Origin: Asterias rubens | Taxonomy: Eukaryota | Direction of reading: 5' to 3' | NCBI RefSeq assembly: GCF_902459465.1 | Contig: NC_047076.1 | Location: forward strand, 7,874,001-7,938,000 | DNA: 64,000 nucleotides | In this document: positions 50,909-64,000 of the stretch, one piece after another | Position numbering within the stretch: the first letter of the stretch is position 1 | How the letters are laid out: each line of letters opens with the position of its first letter | Notes under the pieces: model-generated | What the model was told of the DNA's origin: nothing | Database searches by the model: none | The model's input: the letters and a program-made list of their open reading frames with translations, nothing else | Made by a program: the position numbers and the translations under genes

Positions 50909-53900
50909 ATGGCGGCGCCCATGGACCATCATCGTCGACAAAAATCTTGTGATGTAAGGCCAGCTTACAGGGAAGGTAGACGAGAAAGAGCTGTGAAGGT
51001 TTGTTAAAATATTTAGATATATGATTGCTTTGTTTTTTTGTGTTATTTAAATGCAAAGCCAAGGGAAAAATAGAAATTGGAAGTCTGTACGGAGGGTCTC
51101 CTGTACAGAATTTGCCCAGTTTCCGGACACGCGCAACTGACTCGCTCAAACAAAGGAGCCTCAATGCCTAAACCAATTAAAGCTGTCTAGTTCTGTTTAA
51201 TTCATGAATTACTAGATTGTTGAATCAATTTTGTACCCAGTCTCATGCACAATGCAAGTAATTGTGTGCCATTACCCAACTATGCTCTTGACACATTTGT
51301 ATGCGTGAATAAAAAAGGGAAAAATAAAAAAAACTCAATTATGTTAATTGCTTTGGTAGAACTAGACGAGGAACCCTAGACCATTTCCTTCCTTCATTGA
51401 TACTTACTACGACTGGAAACATTTCTGTATATTCAACTGTTACTTAAAGACAGTGGACACTATTGGCAATTGTCAAAGACCAGTCTTCTCTCTTACTGTA
51501 TCTCAACATGTGCATAAAATAACAAACCTGTGAAAATTTGAGGGATAACTTTCCGTATGGCGCCACCACTTTTTCACTCATATTTACAGAAAGGGATATC
51601 TCATTGAGGTAAATTAAATACTATATTATTTCATATCGAATGAAAAAGTGGTGGCGCCAGACGGAAACTTTTCCAATTTGAGCTCGATTGGTCGTCGAAG
51701 TTGCGATCGAGATATGAATGAAATTAAAAAAAACTTGTCACATGAAGTTGTGTGCTTTTAGATGCTTTATTTGGAGACCTCAAGTTCTAAACTTGAGGTC
51801 TCAAAATCAATTTGTGGAAAATAACTTCTTTCTCGAAAACAAAGTCACTTCAGAGGGAGCCGTTTCTCACAATATTTTATACTAGTAAAGAAAGTAGTAT
51901 CAACCTCTCATCATTACTCGTTACCAAGTGAGGTTTTATGCTGATAATTATTTTGAGTAATTGCCAATGCAATAGTGTCCACGCACGGCCTTTAATATTA
52001 AATAAGCGGACACAGAAATGTTACCTGTCCCGTAGTCGTAGACTAAATTAAAAATTAAGTCTTACCACTGTTTTTCAGTCCCTTAAATCTCAATCTAATC
52101 ACACTTCACGTGCCAATGGTATTGACTAATGTTCCTCAATATCTGCATTATGTAAAAACTCATTAACGAGTCTTAGAACCTTGGCGCTCACCGGCTCATG
52201 CTAGTTGCAAAGGTAACCCTCCTCCTGACGGTAGGAGGGTTACGTTATCACGAACTAGGCTTGACATATGAATGCTTGATTGTAGATTTGAGGTTCACAA
52301 AGATGTTTGCATGTTTCTATTAGTTAAATTTAAAACAAATGTATATTTTATTAATTTTTCATTAGGCCCCTATACAAAATACAATGAATATATCCTTATC
52401 ATTGATCCTTTCCTGTTGTAGGCCTAATTGTTTATTTTACATAATTTTGTATTGTGTCCCCCTTAAAAAAATACAGAAAATTGTGTTCAAATGGTTAAAA
52501 TTACATGATGGGAAACATTAAAAATGCACAACAAATACTTTACTGAGTGCTCTCACATCCCAAGGTTTTTTCAAGTTTGGACAAAGTAGGCTGTATTTTT
52601 TCCCTTAGTTTTTAAAGTTCAGACATTTCTGTTGTGACAAGTTTTTCCTGATTTTTACCACTTCCCCAAAACAAAGCACACATCAAGGTTACATACGTAT
52701 ATCCGATGTGTAATGAATCAATCACGACTGGTCACTTAAACGTTCAAACGTCATAAAGAAATCCTTTTCCCTAAAACAAATAAAAAGTTATCAAAGACTG
52801 TTACAGTTGTTCTACATTGTACTTCATCCCTGTTTTGAATTCTGGTTGTGTGTTTGGTGGACTTTGAGTTACAATTTTAAGTTAAGAAAGTTTGTTATTT
52901 GAATGCAATGTTTAGGTCCTTTTGCAAGATATTAATAGGCCTACATGTTGCGCTTTACTGCCCTGTGATTTTCATCATAGTGTCTGGGTGTTATTTTGAA
53001 ACCCTGTTTTTAATTTGAATACCCTGGTTTAAATTTGAACACCCTGTAACACATGTATGTTGTATTAAAGGCAGTGGACACTATTGGTAATTACTCAACA
53101 TAATTATCATCATAAAACCTTTCTTGATTACGAGTAATGGGGAGGGGTTGATAGTATTTAACATTGTGAGAAACAGCTCCCTCTAAAGTGACATATTTCG
53201 AGAAAGAAGTAATTTTCCACGAATTTTATTTCGAGACCTCAAGTTCAGAATTTGAGGTCTCGAAATCAAGCATCCGAAATCGCACAACTTCGTATGACAA
53301 TGGTGTTTTTTCTTTCATTGTTATCTCGCAACTCCGACGACCGATTGAGCTCAAATTTGTACAGGTTTGTCATTTTATGCATATGTTGAGATACACCAAC
53401 TGTGAAGACTAGTCTTTGACAATTACCAATAGTGTCCACTGTCTTTAAAGTGAACAATTTGGACACCCAAAATTTCCAGCAAATTTGGACACCCTTTTTT
53501 TTTACCAAATCCTGGCTAAAACTTTTACTTTCATCCCGTTCTAGGTGTATACGATCAATCAGGAGTCTCGCTACTTGCTGGTCCAGGGAGTGCCTGCCAT
53601 CAACGTCACCGATGAGCTGTTGAAACGTATGTCACTGTATGGCACAATAGAAGAGTACAAGATACTAGAGGAATATCCAGCTGAGGCCTTCACCAAGGTG
53701 TATTGGGTCAAATATGCAAACATACAAGCAGCAAGGTATAATAGAACAGAATTGCAAAGGTTGAATCCCACCTGAGTAATATGTCTGTGATTTTGCTTAT
53801 AGAACTCGGGGAAAGTACTGAGTATACAGTGCTTACACAAATTGGTGTATGGGTGAATTCAAAATTGCTATTCTTTACGATTGCCACACCTACATTCCAA

Positions 53901-56900
53901 CATACCATAGTCTATATGTGCCAAGGAACAATACACAGAACAAAATAAAGAATACTGGGAACCCTGGCCTCAGAACAATTAATAAACTGTTACTACACGT
54001 CAAACAATACAACTAAAAACGGACTTGGCTGCTTGACCAACGTTTCACGAACTGAAAAGACTAAGGAATTTCTTGCTACAAACACTAAAATTTTAGTGTG
54101 TTCGGTACAAAAATGGAAATTAACCTTGACACACTTGGTCAATGGTCACTGGCAATTTGTTTCATTCCTTGGACCGTCTCAGCTCCATTGAGAATATACA
54201 GCTTGTGCTGCCATGTTAAAGGCAGTGGACACTATTGGTAATTGTCAAAGACTAGCCTTCACAGTTGGTGTATCTCAACATATGCATAAAATAACTAACC
54301 TGTGAAAATTTGAGCTCAATCGGCCATCGCACTTGCAAGATAATAATGAAAGAATAAAACACCCTTGTCACACAAAGTTGTGTGCGTTTAGATGGTTGAT
54401 TTCGAGACCTCAGGTTCTAAATCTGAGGTCTCTAAAATCAAATTCGTGGAAAATTACTTCTTTCTCGAAAACTCTGGCACTTCAGAGGGAGCCGTTTCTC
54501 ACAATGTTTTATACCATCAACCTCTCCCCATTAATCGTCACCAAGACAGGTTTTATGCTAATAACTATTTTGAGTAATTACCAATAGTGTCCACTGCCTT
54601 TAAGGCACCAAGATAAATCAATCATGAGAACCATCTCTACTGCTTACAACAACAGATCTTGGATTCGGTGACCTAGACCGCTTTGCCACAACTTGCCAAA
54701 ACTGTTTCGTGCAGAGCTACTTATTGTACTTAAAGCCTCTATGAAATTGGGCTCTAATATTTTTGTAATTTGTTGTGCTAGAATGTGCAAGAGGAAGCTT
54801 GATGACCAACCATTTTATGGAGGAACCCTCCACATATGCTACGCTCCTGAGTATGAATCCACTGAAGACACGAGACTCAAGCTCCAGGAGAGACGTAAAG
54901 ACGTCGCACGGCGGCTGAGAAAACTCCAGCCGGGAGGCAACGGTAAGAATTGTTTTTTTGTCTCTAACTGGACGTATGATGAGGTGACCAATACTAATAA
55001 TGATAGTGACTTCTTATACAGCGCGCATATCCGTCCCATCTAAAGGATGCAGCAATAATAGTCAAGTGTCTTGCTAAAGGACACAAGTGTCACGACTCTC
55101 AAATCCACACTCAGCTGAACCCATCACTCAGTACTCGTGCTGAAAAACAACAGCGGGATCCATGAGTATAGTGGTCATTCGGTACAAGATGACATCCATG
55201 AGCAGCAAGCCATGAAGTGGATAATATTGAACGGTCGAACAGTAGGAGGGTTGACTATGTACTGTGTAGATGCCCGATACACTTGATAAAACTTGATAAA
55301 ACATAGTTCTTTATTCACTGCTAATTGTTTTGTTCATTTGTTTGGATTTGGAAATAAAGTGAATTGAATTGAATTGAATATCAACTGAAAAAGTTTTGCA
55401 GACTGGCCTAGTGTATCTATTGATCAAAACCACAGTGGATGATGATATTGAATGGTCGGACAGTGGGAGGGTTAAGCTAGCAATTGGACATTTTGCATCA
55501 AGCACGTTGAATATTAAGTTTGTTTTAATAAGGTAATACCATAAAAAAATAACAATGCCTAAGCAACTCCAAAATGACAGAATGTGCTTTAACAGATGGA
55601 AATTTGCATCGTGAATAAAGAATGTTAATTTAGGTTTCACCAATATATAGGCCTACACTGATGTGTGTTAGCACTGTATGTACCCAGTACTTTCTCGAGC
55701 TCTGTGAAAACAAAATCCCAGGCATATTACTCTAGTTGGCAGGACACTGCTTTAGAATCGCAAAGGTCGTGGGTTTGAATCCCAGCTGAGTAATACACCT
55801 GTGAGTTTTTTCACAGGGATAAGAAATTTCAAACTTTTATCTGAATTCAGATTTGTTTGTAGTTGCTCTGTTAATGTTCCACGAATTTGATTTCGTAACC
55901 TCAGATTTAGAATTTGAGGTCTCGAAATCAAGCATCTGAAAGCACACATCTTCGTGTGACAAGGGTGTTTTTTCTTTTATAGTTATCTCGCAACTTCGAC
56001 GACCAATTGAGCTCAAATTTTCACAGGTTTGTTATTTTATGCTATGTTGAGATGCACTAAGTGAGAAGACTGGTCTTTGACAGCTACCACTAGTGTCCAG
56101 TGTCTCTAAAAATAAATGCTGCTGTTTGATTGACTTCTCTAGCACTGAGGATACTGCTCCAAGAAGCTCCTTGGAATCTATAACTCCAGGGGTTACCAAA
56201 CCAGGGGGAAATGCCTTCATTTCAATATACCTACTTAAATTTAGATTGTAGTTTCAGACTTGTTTGTAAGAAATTACTCTCATCCTTGTTTACATTGTGT
56301 TTATTGTTGTTGTTTTTAGCGGACGTACCACATACTGCTGGGCAAGATCATTCTTCATCTTCATCAACACAAGACAATGCACCTATAGCATCAAAGTCAG
56401 ACACCCCAGCTCCCACATATCTGGACTCAAGCAAAAGCCAACACATTGGCCCAAGGAAACCAGACTCTACCATCACCAAACCACCGAATACATCCATAGA
56501 CTCTAGTGCTGCCGTTAAACAAGAAGTACCACTGCATCTGCCAGCCCCTCCCAAAGTCCTCCCCACTTGGGAATGGGAGAAACCATTAACATCACATGAC
56601 CAGTTTCCCCGGTTACCAACGGCGCATGCAACATTACCCCTCAATTACAATCCATACCCTGACGACTACAAGCCACATGATGTTGAGGCGTCACAAGAGG
56701 GCGCCAGTCATCGAAATGCTACATCTGAAATAAATCCACCGCTAAGGTCAAACATATTGAAAGATTCAACGGCGGACACAAGTGGGTTGAACTTCCTGAA
56801 AACGGGAGCGAGGCCAAAGTTCAAACTCAAACAGGACAGGCGACGAGTGGGAGAAGCAAGGCCGAACCAGCCGACATTTCTTGAGCGTGTTGCATGGCGC

Positions 56901-59900
56901 GAGGGCGCCGTAAACGAACCGGAAGCAGGGACACGACCGGACGTGTCAGATGATCGAAGAGCTCAGCTAGCTCACCTCAAGAGACCCTATCAGAATCAAT
57001 TTCCCGTACCCAGTACATCTGATCAGGTCCCACCAAACGCGGAATTGACCTCCTCACTTATACGACACCCGCTGGTCAAGCGTAAACACCCTGCGGATTG
57101 TCCACAGCCCTTTCTCGTAGCAGAGACACGGTTCCAGGGTGAACTGCAAATGCCTCAGTCTGAGCAGTGGAAGGAGGGAGGGTTTGGGGTGTTACCCAGA
57201 ATGGATTTGCCCCCAACCATGCCAACCATGAGCGAATCCTCGTTTGATAGGATGGTGCACAATTTTCCACAACAACAAAGAAATGTAAGTATTCTCAAAT
57301 TTTGTCTTCATAAGCGCAGTAAATGCATTCAGGATTAAAATCTTGTTAACAATATTAAAATTGAAGTAATTTAAGAATCCAAATTACTTCATGCAGCCAC
57401 ATTTTATACAGCCACATTATACACATTTTTTACACAGCCCAATGAAAGAGGTATTTTAAGTACAATTCATAAATACCTCGGACAGTTTCTCTATTCCTAT
57501 TGGTGGAGAGCGCGTCACGTGGGGGTGTTTAAACCGTTGATAATGACCAGTGTTTATAACCGGTTGTCCGTACTAGTCTTGATGCAAGACGTTTCTTGTT
57601 AAGGGCGATGCAGGCACTGTCGGTGAGTTGGCTGCGCTGTGTGTGAAAGGAAAACCAGCGAATATGCACCAAGACTATATGCGCATGCACACGAACGTAA
57701 CCGAAAAACACACGCGTACGAACATCGTACATGTGCATACTGAACATATGGAGGTGGAAACAGAGCTCAAGCACTTGGAAACGGATAGGTTTTACAGAGT
57801 TTCTTACTTATTACGCCTTTTAGCCAAAAAGGTATTTATGAAGGGGAATCAAAGTGTGTTGAATCGGTTTTCAACTAGTGGTTTAAACCCGCCGAGGCCT
57901 GGTTCTTGATAATTTACCTTGACTTCATCTCGGTAAAATTATCAAGAACCATGCCTCATTGGGATTAAACCACTAGTTGTAAACCTCTTCACCACACATT
58001 GATTCCCTTATTTGAAACTTGGCATGGCGGAAGTACATTCAGGTGAGGTGTGCAGTGCAGTGGTGGCAGTATTGTAAGCAAGTCATTTTTCATCTAGTCA
58101 AGTCAAGTCGCAAGTCATCTTTGTCCAAGTCGAGTCAAGTCGCAAGTCAACAAAATCGAGTCCAAGTCACCGTTGCGAGTCAACAACACTGAGTGGTGGT
58201 TCTGAGAAGAACTGGCGGCTGTTAACTCAACGTCTTGATCAGTCTGCTCTAATCAGCTTACATTTTGTGATGATCGCCCTGTTTGGTTTTGATCAACCTT
58301 TGATATGAAGAAAGGGGCATGTGAAAACTTGTTCAGGTGTTATTTGTGTAACTCTTGAATTCATTTGGAAATTATGATACTTAATGTTAAAATTCCCAAA
58401 TGACTGATGTAACATCATGCCTGACAGGAAATGCCCTGGAAAGAAACAAGATCACCTTTTCTGTACAAACAAGTTTATGCCTACGTGTAGATAGTAGATA
58501 CCGTCCCTTGAACTTTGCTCATGAAAAGGCACAGCAATTTCGTTTTTGTATGGGGCACTGGTAGTCAAATTTGTATTGAAACCTTGCGAAGGGCACCACA
58601 ACAAAAGCACAGAGCACCATATCAATTACTGTTGGTGATGCGAGTAATTTTGAGGACTGCTATTATGGTCTCATAGCAAAACCCATTAGCCAAAGTATTT
58701 TTTGAAGATAAACGTTTTGTAGCACAAGGAGATACATGTCTATATGTGGTTCCCACAGTCCTCAAATTCATTTTTAAGCATAAGACAACAATTTTAATGC
58801 GGGGCCTACTCTGAGGAAATGAGTCATAACATTTTGGAGGAAAATGAGATGTTTACTTTACAAGAGAAAATGTCTGGCTGACATTCTAGTTGTAATGTTT
58901 CTTGATATATTTTTGTATAGAGAATAGTAACAAATTGATTTGTTAAGATAGCAGAGAATAGTTACAAACTTATGAACTAAGATAACATTTGATATCACAT
59001 GAGCTCTTGTGGTAGCAGTTCGTGGTGTGATAGCGGTTACTGGAATGATAGCGCCCTCTTGTGGCGAGTGGTCCTTGGGGTGGTAGCGGTTTATAGCGAT
59101 TATAAATGTTGTTACTACACAACTAGACATCTTGGGACCAAGACTATCCAAGACCATACTGTATAAAAAACTAAAAATCCAAATTTTTGGACTCTGACAA
59201 TGATGGTAAGCCTGATCCCAGTTTATTAGTGCAGTCGTCAGTGCAACTCAATATGAAAACTCAACACCCAAACTGTTGGACTCTGATTATTGTGGTATGG
59301 TATGCCTGACCCAATGTAAAGTATGATCAGTTTACTAATTTAACAGAATCAAGCAAAACATGCAGTTGGATTTTGAAAGGTTAGGGGTCGTTATGGTCAA
59401 AGCGTAGTGCCTCAAATAGGGAAACTTGTTTTTCTAAATGGAAACTCCAGTGGCACCAAGACAATTCAGTGTCCCTAAGGAAATGACCAGGGGCATGGAG
59501 TCAATTGCCTTTGTTGCCTCAATGTAGCATCAGGCCTCCTTTTGGTTTAGTATCATTCCACTGTTTTGCTTCTTTTCTCAGATATCCTGTATCTCCTTTA
59601 AGGTTATGTTGCCGACCCAATTACGTCTTGAGTTACTTTCCCCCCATCTGTCCATGCTTACTTGTAACTCCAAGAATTTGGCATTAGTCATTTAAGCCAC
59701 TTTATGCTGGAGTTATCCTGGCTAAATGATTATTGGCTCCATGAGAGTGACAATTTATCACTCATGGGGCTTTAAAGGGGCTACAGCATTCACATGACGG
59801 CGCAGATGGTTTATCTGCCAGGCACATGGCCAGTTGGTCGCCATGTGGTGTAATTGAGTAAGGCAAGGAGCCAAGAGTGTATGTCGCTTACAGGGGCAGT

Positions 59901-60603
59901 CAGGGGTAATGTTGGACTACTTGTCCAATGTCCACTTTTTTAAATTTCTAGCCTACACGTTTTTCGCTCTACTGCTGGAGGAATGCCTCTTCACAAGTTT
60001 GCCATTTCTCTCTATCCAGCTGTTTTTTTGCTAAGCAATGCCCAGGGCTATATTTTGAGTATGTAAAATATTAAAATTGACAAATGTTATAAGAAATGAA
60101 ATCAAGAGTGCCTAATGCTTCATTTTATTGCATAAATTAAAACCTGAAAATGTTGGCAACAAATTTGACAAAAGTTGTAATGGGTAAGCATTGCACTTTT
60201 ATCAAATATTGACTAAGAATTGAGGTTTTTTATTGTGCACAGAAGAGCCCCAGCTATTGCTTTTTCTTATCATGTTATCCTTGATTTTCTCTCTACATTT
60301 TCAAATATTGAAATTTTATGGGGAAAATATTTAAATAAATTAACAGTATAATATTGGGAAATATTTAGGTTTCATGAAATTGTGAAGTATTATTTGTTAC
60401 ATACTTGTTACAAAATTTGTTTTGTACTTCTACAGCCAACTCAAGGACCTGGCATAAATGCATTCAATAACGGGGAATACACACAGCCCATGAGAGCGCC
60501 TCGACCTGCAGCAGTAGCAGCAGCAGCAGCAGCAGTAGCCGCAGCAGCCGCCATTGCTGCAGCAGCAGACGGGGAACCAGACTCCAAGCGTCGGAGGATC
60601 TAA
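50909..60603 (+). CDS. RBM48: RNA-binding protein 48 (minor spliceosome component), 524 aa; exons 50909-50998, 53545-53735, 54782-54942, 56320-57284, 60436-60603
   Basis: Signature DHH…RPAYREGRRERAVKVYTINQESRYLLVQGVPA…YGTIEEY…EYPAEAFT…ARMCKRKLDDQPFYGGTLHICYAPEYES, and a C-terminal KRRRI. Phases are consistent (0,2,1,0). Confidence 0.95.
51444..51995 (+). mobile_element. Kolobok/T2-like MITE family A interrupted by a 132-bp Merlin-like MITE at 51543-51674
   Basis: Family A TIRs are present, and the inner element is flanked by a perfect AATTTGAG duplication. Confidence 0.85.
53065..53448 (-). mobile_element. Kolobok/T2-like MITE family A (reverse)
   Basis: TIRs plus TTAA flanks. Confidence 0.85.
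54216..54603 (+). mobile_element. Kolobok/T2-like MITE family A
   Basis: TIRs plus TTAA flanks. Confidence 0.85.
55875..56110 (-). mobile_element. Partial Kolobok/T2-like MITE family A
   Basis: The internal sequence and one decayed TIR match family A. Confidence 0.7.
57466..58010. mobile_element. Two abutting non-autonomous elements: 57466-57842 with 13-bp TIRs, and a ~165-bp palindrome at 57843-58010
   Basis: TTCATAAATACCT / AGGTATTTATGAA; GGGAATCAAAGTGTG…CACACATTGATTCCC with an inner GGTTCTTGATAATTT/AAATTATCAAGAACC pair. Confidence 0.6.
58085..58185 (+). repeat. (CAAGT)n-like degenerate repeat
   Basis: AGTCAAGTCAAGTCGCAAGTC…CAAGTCGAGTCAAGTCGCAAGTC. Confidence 0.6.
60510..60568 (+). repeat. 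GCA-rich coding repeat giving a 20-aa Ala tract in RBM48
   Basis: GCAGCAGTAGCAGCAGCAGCAGCAGCAGTAGCCGCAGCAGCC… encodes AAVAAAAAAVAAAAAIAAAA. Confidence 0.9.
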
Positions 60604-60991
60604 ACATTGGACAGCGACAGTTAAGTGAGATTATCAGCATGTTGGAGGATTTGTCTGATAGTGTAGTTTCAATCCATAAATGTCATAGAGGTCTTTATGT
60701 AAACCGCTTTTTTGTGGAGGACAGAAGTTTGCATCTCTTAACCCTCCTACTATTAGAGTGTTTCTCAAGAAAGCTTTGAACCCATACCTCAATATGCTGC
60801 AATAGTGCATGCAGAGCTGGAGATTTTTGGCAACATTCAGGGGGATATTTAGAACTACATTCAACATATTCATTTGGGGTTTACCCACATACACCGATGT
60901 GTGTTAGCACTGTATACTCAGTACTTTCCTGAGTTCGGTGAAAAAAATCACAGGCATAAAGTTTCTTTAATCAGTGAGATTTTCAAATGTG

Positions 60992-61377
60992 TTAGAGGCA
61001 GTGGACACTATTGGTAATTACTCAAAATAATTATTGGCATAAAACCTTTCTTGATTACGAGTAATGGGGAGAGGTTGATAGTATAAAACATTGTGAGAAA
61101 TGGCTCCCTCTGAAGTGCCATAGTTTTCGAGAAAGAAGTAATTTCCCACGAATTTGATTTCGAGACCTCAGATTTAGAACTTGAGGTCTCGAAATCAACC
61201 ATCTAAATGCACACAACTTCGTGTGACAAGGGTGTTTTTTCTTTCATTATTATCTCGCAACTTCGATGACCGATTGAGCTCAAATTTTCACAGGTTAGTT
61301 ATTTTATGCACATGTTGAGATACACCAACTGTGAAGGCTAGTCTTTGACAATTGCCAATAGTGTCCACTGCCTTTAA
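60992..61377 (-). mobile_element. Kolobok/T2-like MITE family A (reverse)
   Basis: TIRs present; left target is TTAG and right is TTAA. Confidence 0.85.
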
Positions 61378-63634
61378 TTAACATGGATAGGTTTGATCAT
61401 ATTCAGGGGTCTGTACAGTGTAGGTCAGTCAGGGAGAGTTGGTTGCTCTGACCGTGGCATTTTGAGGCATACACAGGCTTTTGTACAGTAAAGACATTGC
61501 CCAGTGTGGTAAACTGGAGAAGCCCACGCTAGCTTTGCTCATTTGCAATGGAATTTTAGCCACTACTGGAAGAGATAAGGTTCTCAATCTTTTGGCAAAT
61601 TTATGTTGTGGCAATCTGTGGCGCTGATCGACCATTACTAATACACTGATAAGAAAGTATGGCATGGGTTAGTTCACCATGACGTGCCGAGCAGACATGG
61701 GAGAATTTTAGGCATCTTAGTGTATGCACCTGTAGACCTTTCTACTTGTATAGACCTTTCTCATACTGCCACCATCTTGGTCATGTTCCCTGTTTCCATA
61801 ACAGTAATGAATGCCAACATTCATTGTGCAAACACGGCACCAGACTATTATTTTGTCAATCGTTTGGTTACAATGAGTTGGAATAGAGTAAAATCAAGAT
61901 GGCCACACCTAAATAAAGGTCTATTGCTACGTCACAGCCCGAAACTGTAGAAAGCTCTATGCAAAACAAAAACGGATGGCCACAGTTTGTAATAATGTCA
62001 TAGCGTTGCCTAACAACCTTTTTGTGCTTACTTACTGCGATGTTCCATTTCATAGCGCTACTAACAGTAAGCACATGAAAAGGCATTCTAACCTTTCGGT
62101 GCTTACTGTGTGAAAACGAATGATTTAACAATACAATCCATGGGAAATGCACAACATGGCCACCTAGCCTGTGAAATACGCTTATGCTTAAGCAAATTTT
62201 TTTGCTATAGTTGGCTTGAAAATCTGCTTACTGTTATAAGCAAGCAGCTCAATAAAAATAGGCCTTGGTCTTAGCTTTGGTTGCCTTTTTTCTGTCAGAC
62301 CCAACAAAAATTTGCTTAGCATGGAGTTTCTACCTCGATAAAAACAGGATTACCACCCAAATTTCCACATGATTTTCAGGATAAGCAAACAACAGTTGAA
62401 TACCAGTAACAAACAGTATGCAACAAATGGAAATGTGGTTGGTAAACTTGTTTTTATCAAGGAAGAAATTTCATGCTAAGCAAATTTATGTGCTTAGCAG
62501 CTCTATGAAATTGGGCCCAGAACTGGGTGCTTTTTAGCTGGACATGTACACTTGAGCTTCAACCGTAATTCTTCTCACTTTGAAGAATCAAGTAATTGTG
62601 AAAAGATAAGTGGATGTCGGGTTTTATTTAGATGATTTGTTCTTAAAATTGTAAACATCCTCTGACCTTTGTTTCAAAAACTATATAAGTGTTGATATAA
62701 CTCTGTCCACGCCCGTCTGTTTGTGAGCATGCAGGAAAGCACAGTGGCTACGTGATGCTTTTTCATGAAAGCTTAAAAATAACCCAACCTAATACGCAAA
62801 TAAACCACTTTCGTATCTTCTCCGTGAAAGGGATACATTTTTGAAAACCCACATCCTGAAAGGATTTTGGTGGCTAATGACCTAGTTTTGTTGTAAATGC
62901 GCAGGAAATTAAAGGGAGCAGAGAAACACTTCTATGTGGGTTTGTTGCCCTAATCCAGGTCACAGGCGTGTGACCCTGTTCACAGTTTCCCATCCGGCTC
63001 AGACACCCTGGCAGACAAACCTGACGTCCCCTTAATTATTTACAATTAATGGGTCCAAGAAGAACGAGAGTGGGAGAAGAAAGAAAAAAAACATGGAGGC
63101 GTGACTCAAAGATTGATTGTAACAGGAAGGGATAGTGATAGGTGTCTTTATTTGGCAAGGGATGGAAGTGTTTATGGCATGCTAGTTGTAATTATTCTTC
63201 TGGGAACTGAACCACTGACGTCTGGTTTCGTGTTGTGGAGGGAAGGGGGATTATGGGAGTGTTGGGAGAAATGTAGGTTATGGGGTAAATTGGGGGCGTT
63301 GTAGACTGCTCGTTGTGGTGTTTTGTGTAGTTGGAACTATGTATGTTAAGGGGGTTTTGGGGTTAGCTGTGGTGTGTTGGGTTCTGTGAGTTCTACCTTG
63401 ATGGTATGTGGTTGGGTTTTAACATTTGATGAACAGGGATTATGACTTTAAAAGAGGAGGTATTTACGTCTAATTTGAATACATGTATTTATTTACTGTG
63501 TTTGTAGGGGGTGCTTTAAGATGGTTACCAGACCTGTAGTAAAAGGATGGTGCTCTGTGTGTGGTAGTAGAAGGTATTGACCCACCTAGCCTGATAATTT
63601 CATCATCACAAAAACCTGGGATGCATCATTTTGG

Positions 63635-64000
63635 GGGAAATATTGATACTTGAAAATAGGCCAAAAAAGGAAACAAAAAAAATTTTAATCAAATTTGGGC
63701 AAATTTTGAAGCTCGATTCAAGCTACATTTAGGGAAATATTGATACTTGAAAAATAGGCCAAACAATTTAAAAACGACAGCATTTTTATAAAATTTTGGC
63801 AAATTTTGATTTTTTTGCTCTAAAATGATGCAGTAGGCTCTACTGATGCCTTTTTATATAACTTGAGCTATGATTCAAGCTATATTTAGGGAAACATTGA
63901 TACTTGAAAAATAGACCAAAAAAATTTAAAACGACAAGGGGTAAGTCCAGCATTTTTATCAAATTTTTGCAAATTTTAAAGATTTTTTTTCACTCTCTCA
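63635..64000. repeat. AT-rich tandem repeat (~97-157 bp units) running to the window edge
   Basis: GGGAAA(T/C)ATTGATACTTGAAAA at 63635, 63732 and 63889. Confidence 0.8.

Noticed and set aside
50909-60603. U12-type introns in RBM48 or neighbouring genes
   Set aside because: None of the inferred donors match GTATCCTT/ATATCCTT; all look like U2-type GT-AG introns.

Overview
Eukaryotic, intron-rich, AT-rich animal DNA. The repeat content suggests an echinoderm such as a sea star, but that is inference only. I assembled five spliced genes by hand with consistent exon phases. (1) CHPF (+, 3 exons, 763 aa). (2) An unnamed coiled-coil plus putative tandem-RWD protein resembling the Zwint-1/Sos7/Kre28 kinetochore family (+, 10 exons, 448 aa). 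(3) An RGG/Gly-rich protein with two C2H2-type zinc fingers (+, 12 coding exons, 827 aa), whose probable non-coding first exon lies inside the arm of an ~870-bp long-inverted-repeat element. (4) DCAKD (-, 4 coding exons, 230 aa) and (5) RBM48 (+, 5 exons, 524 aa), arranged head-to-head. There is one intact tRNA-Met(CAT) gene. Introns and intergenic DNA are full of non-autonomous elements: TTAA-flanked Kolobok/T2-like MITEs, CWG-flanked Harbinger-like MITEs, an 8-bp-TSD Merlin-like MITE, tRNA-derived SINEs and several hairpin-forming minisatellites. No transposase, RT, CRISPR or prokaryotic system was found. All coordinates were read by eye, and family assignments rest on remembered motifs rather than database searches.
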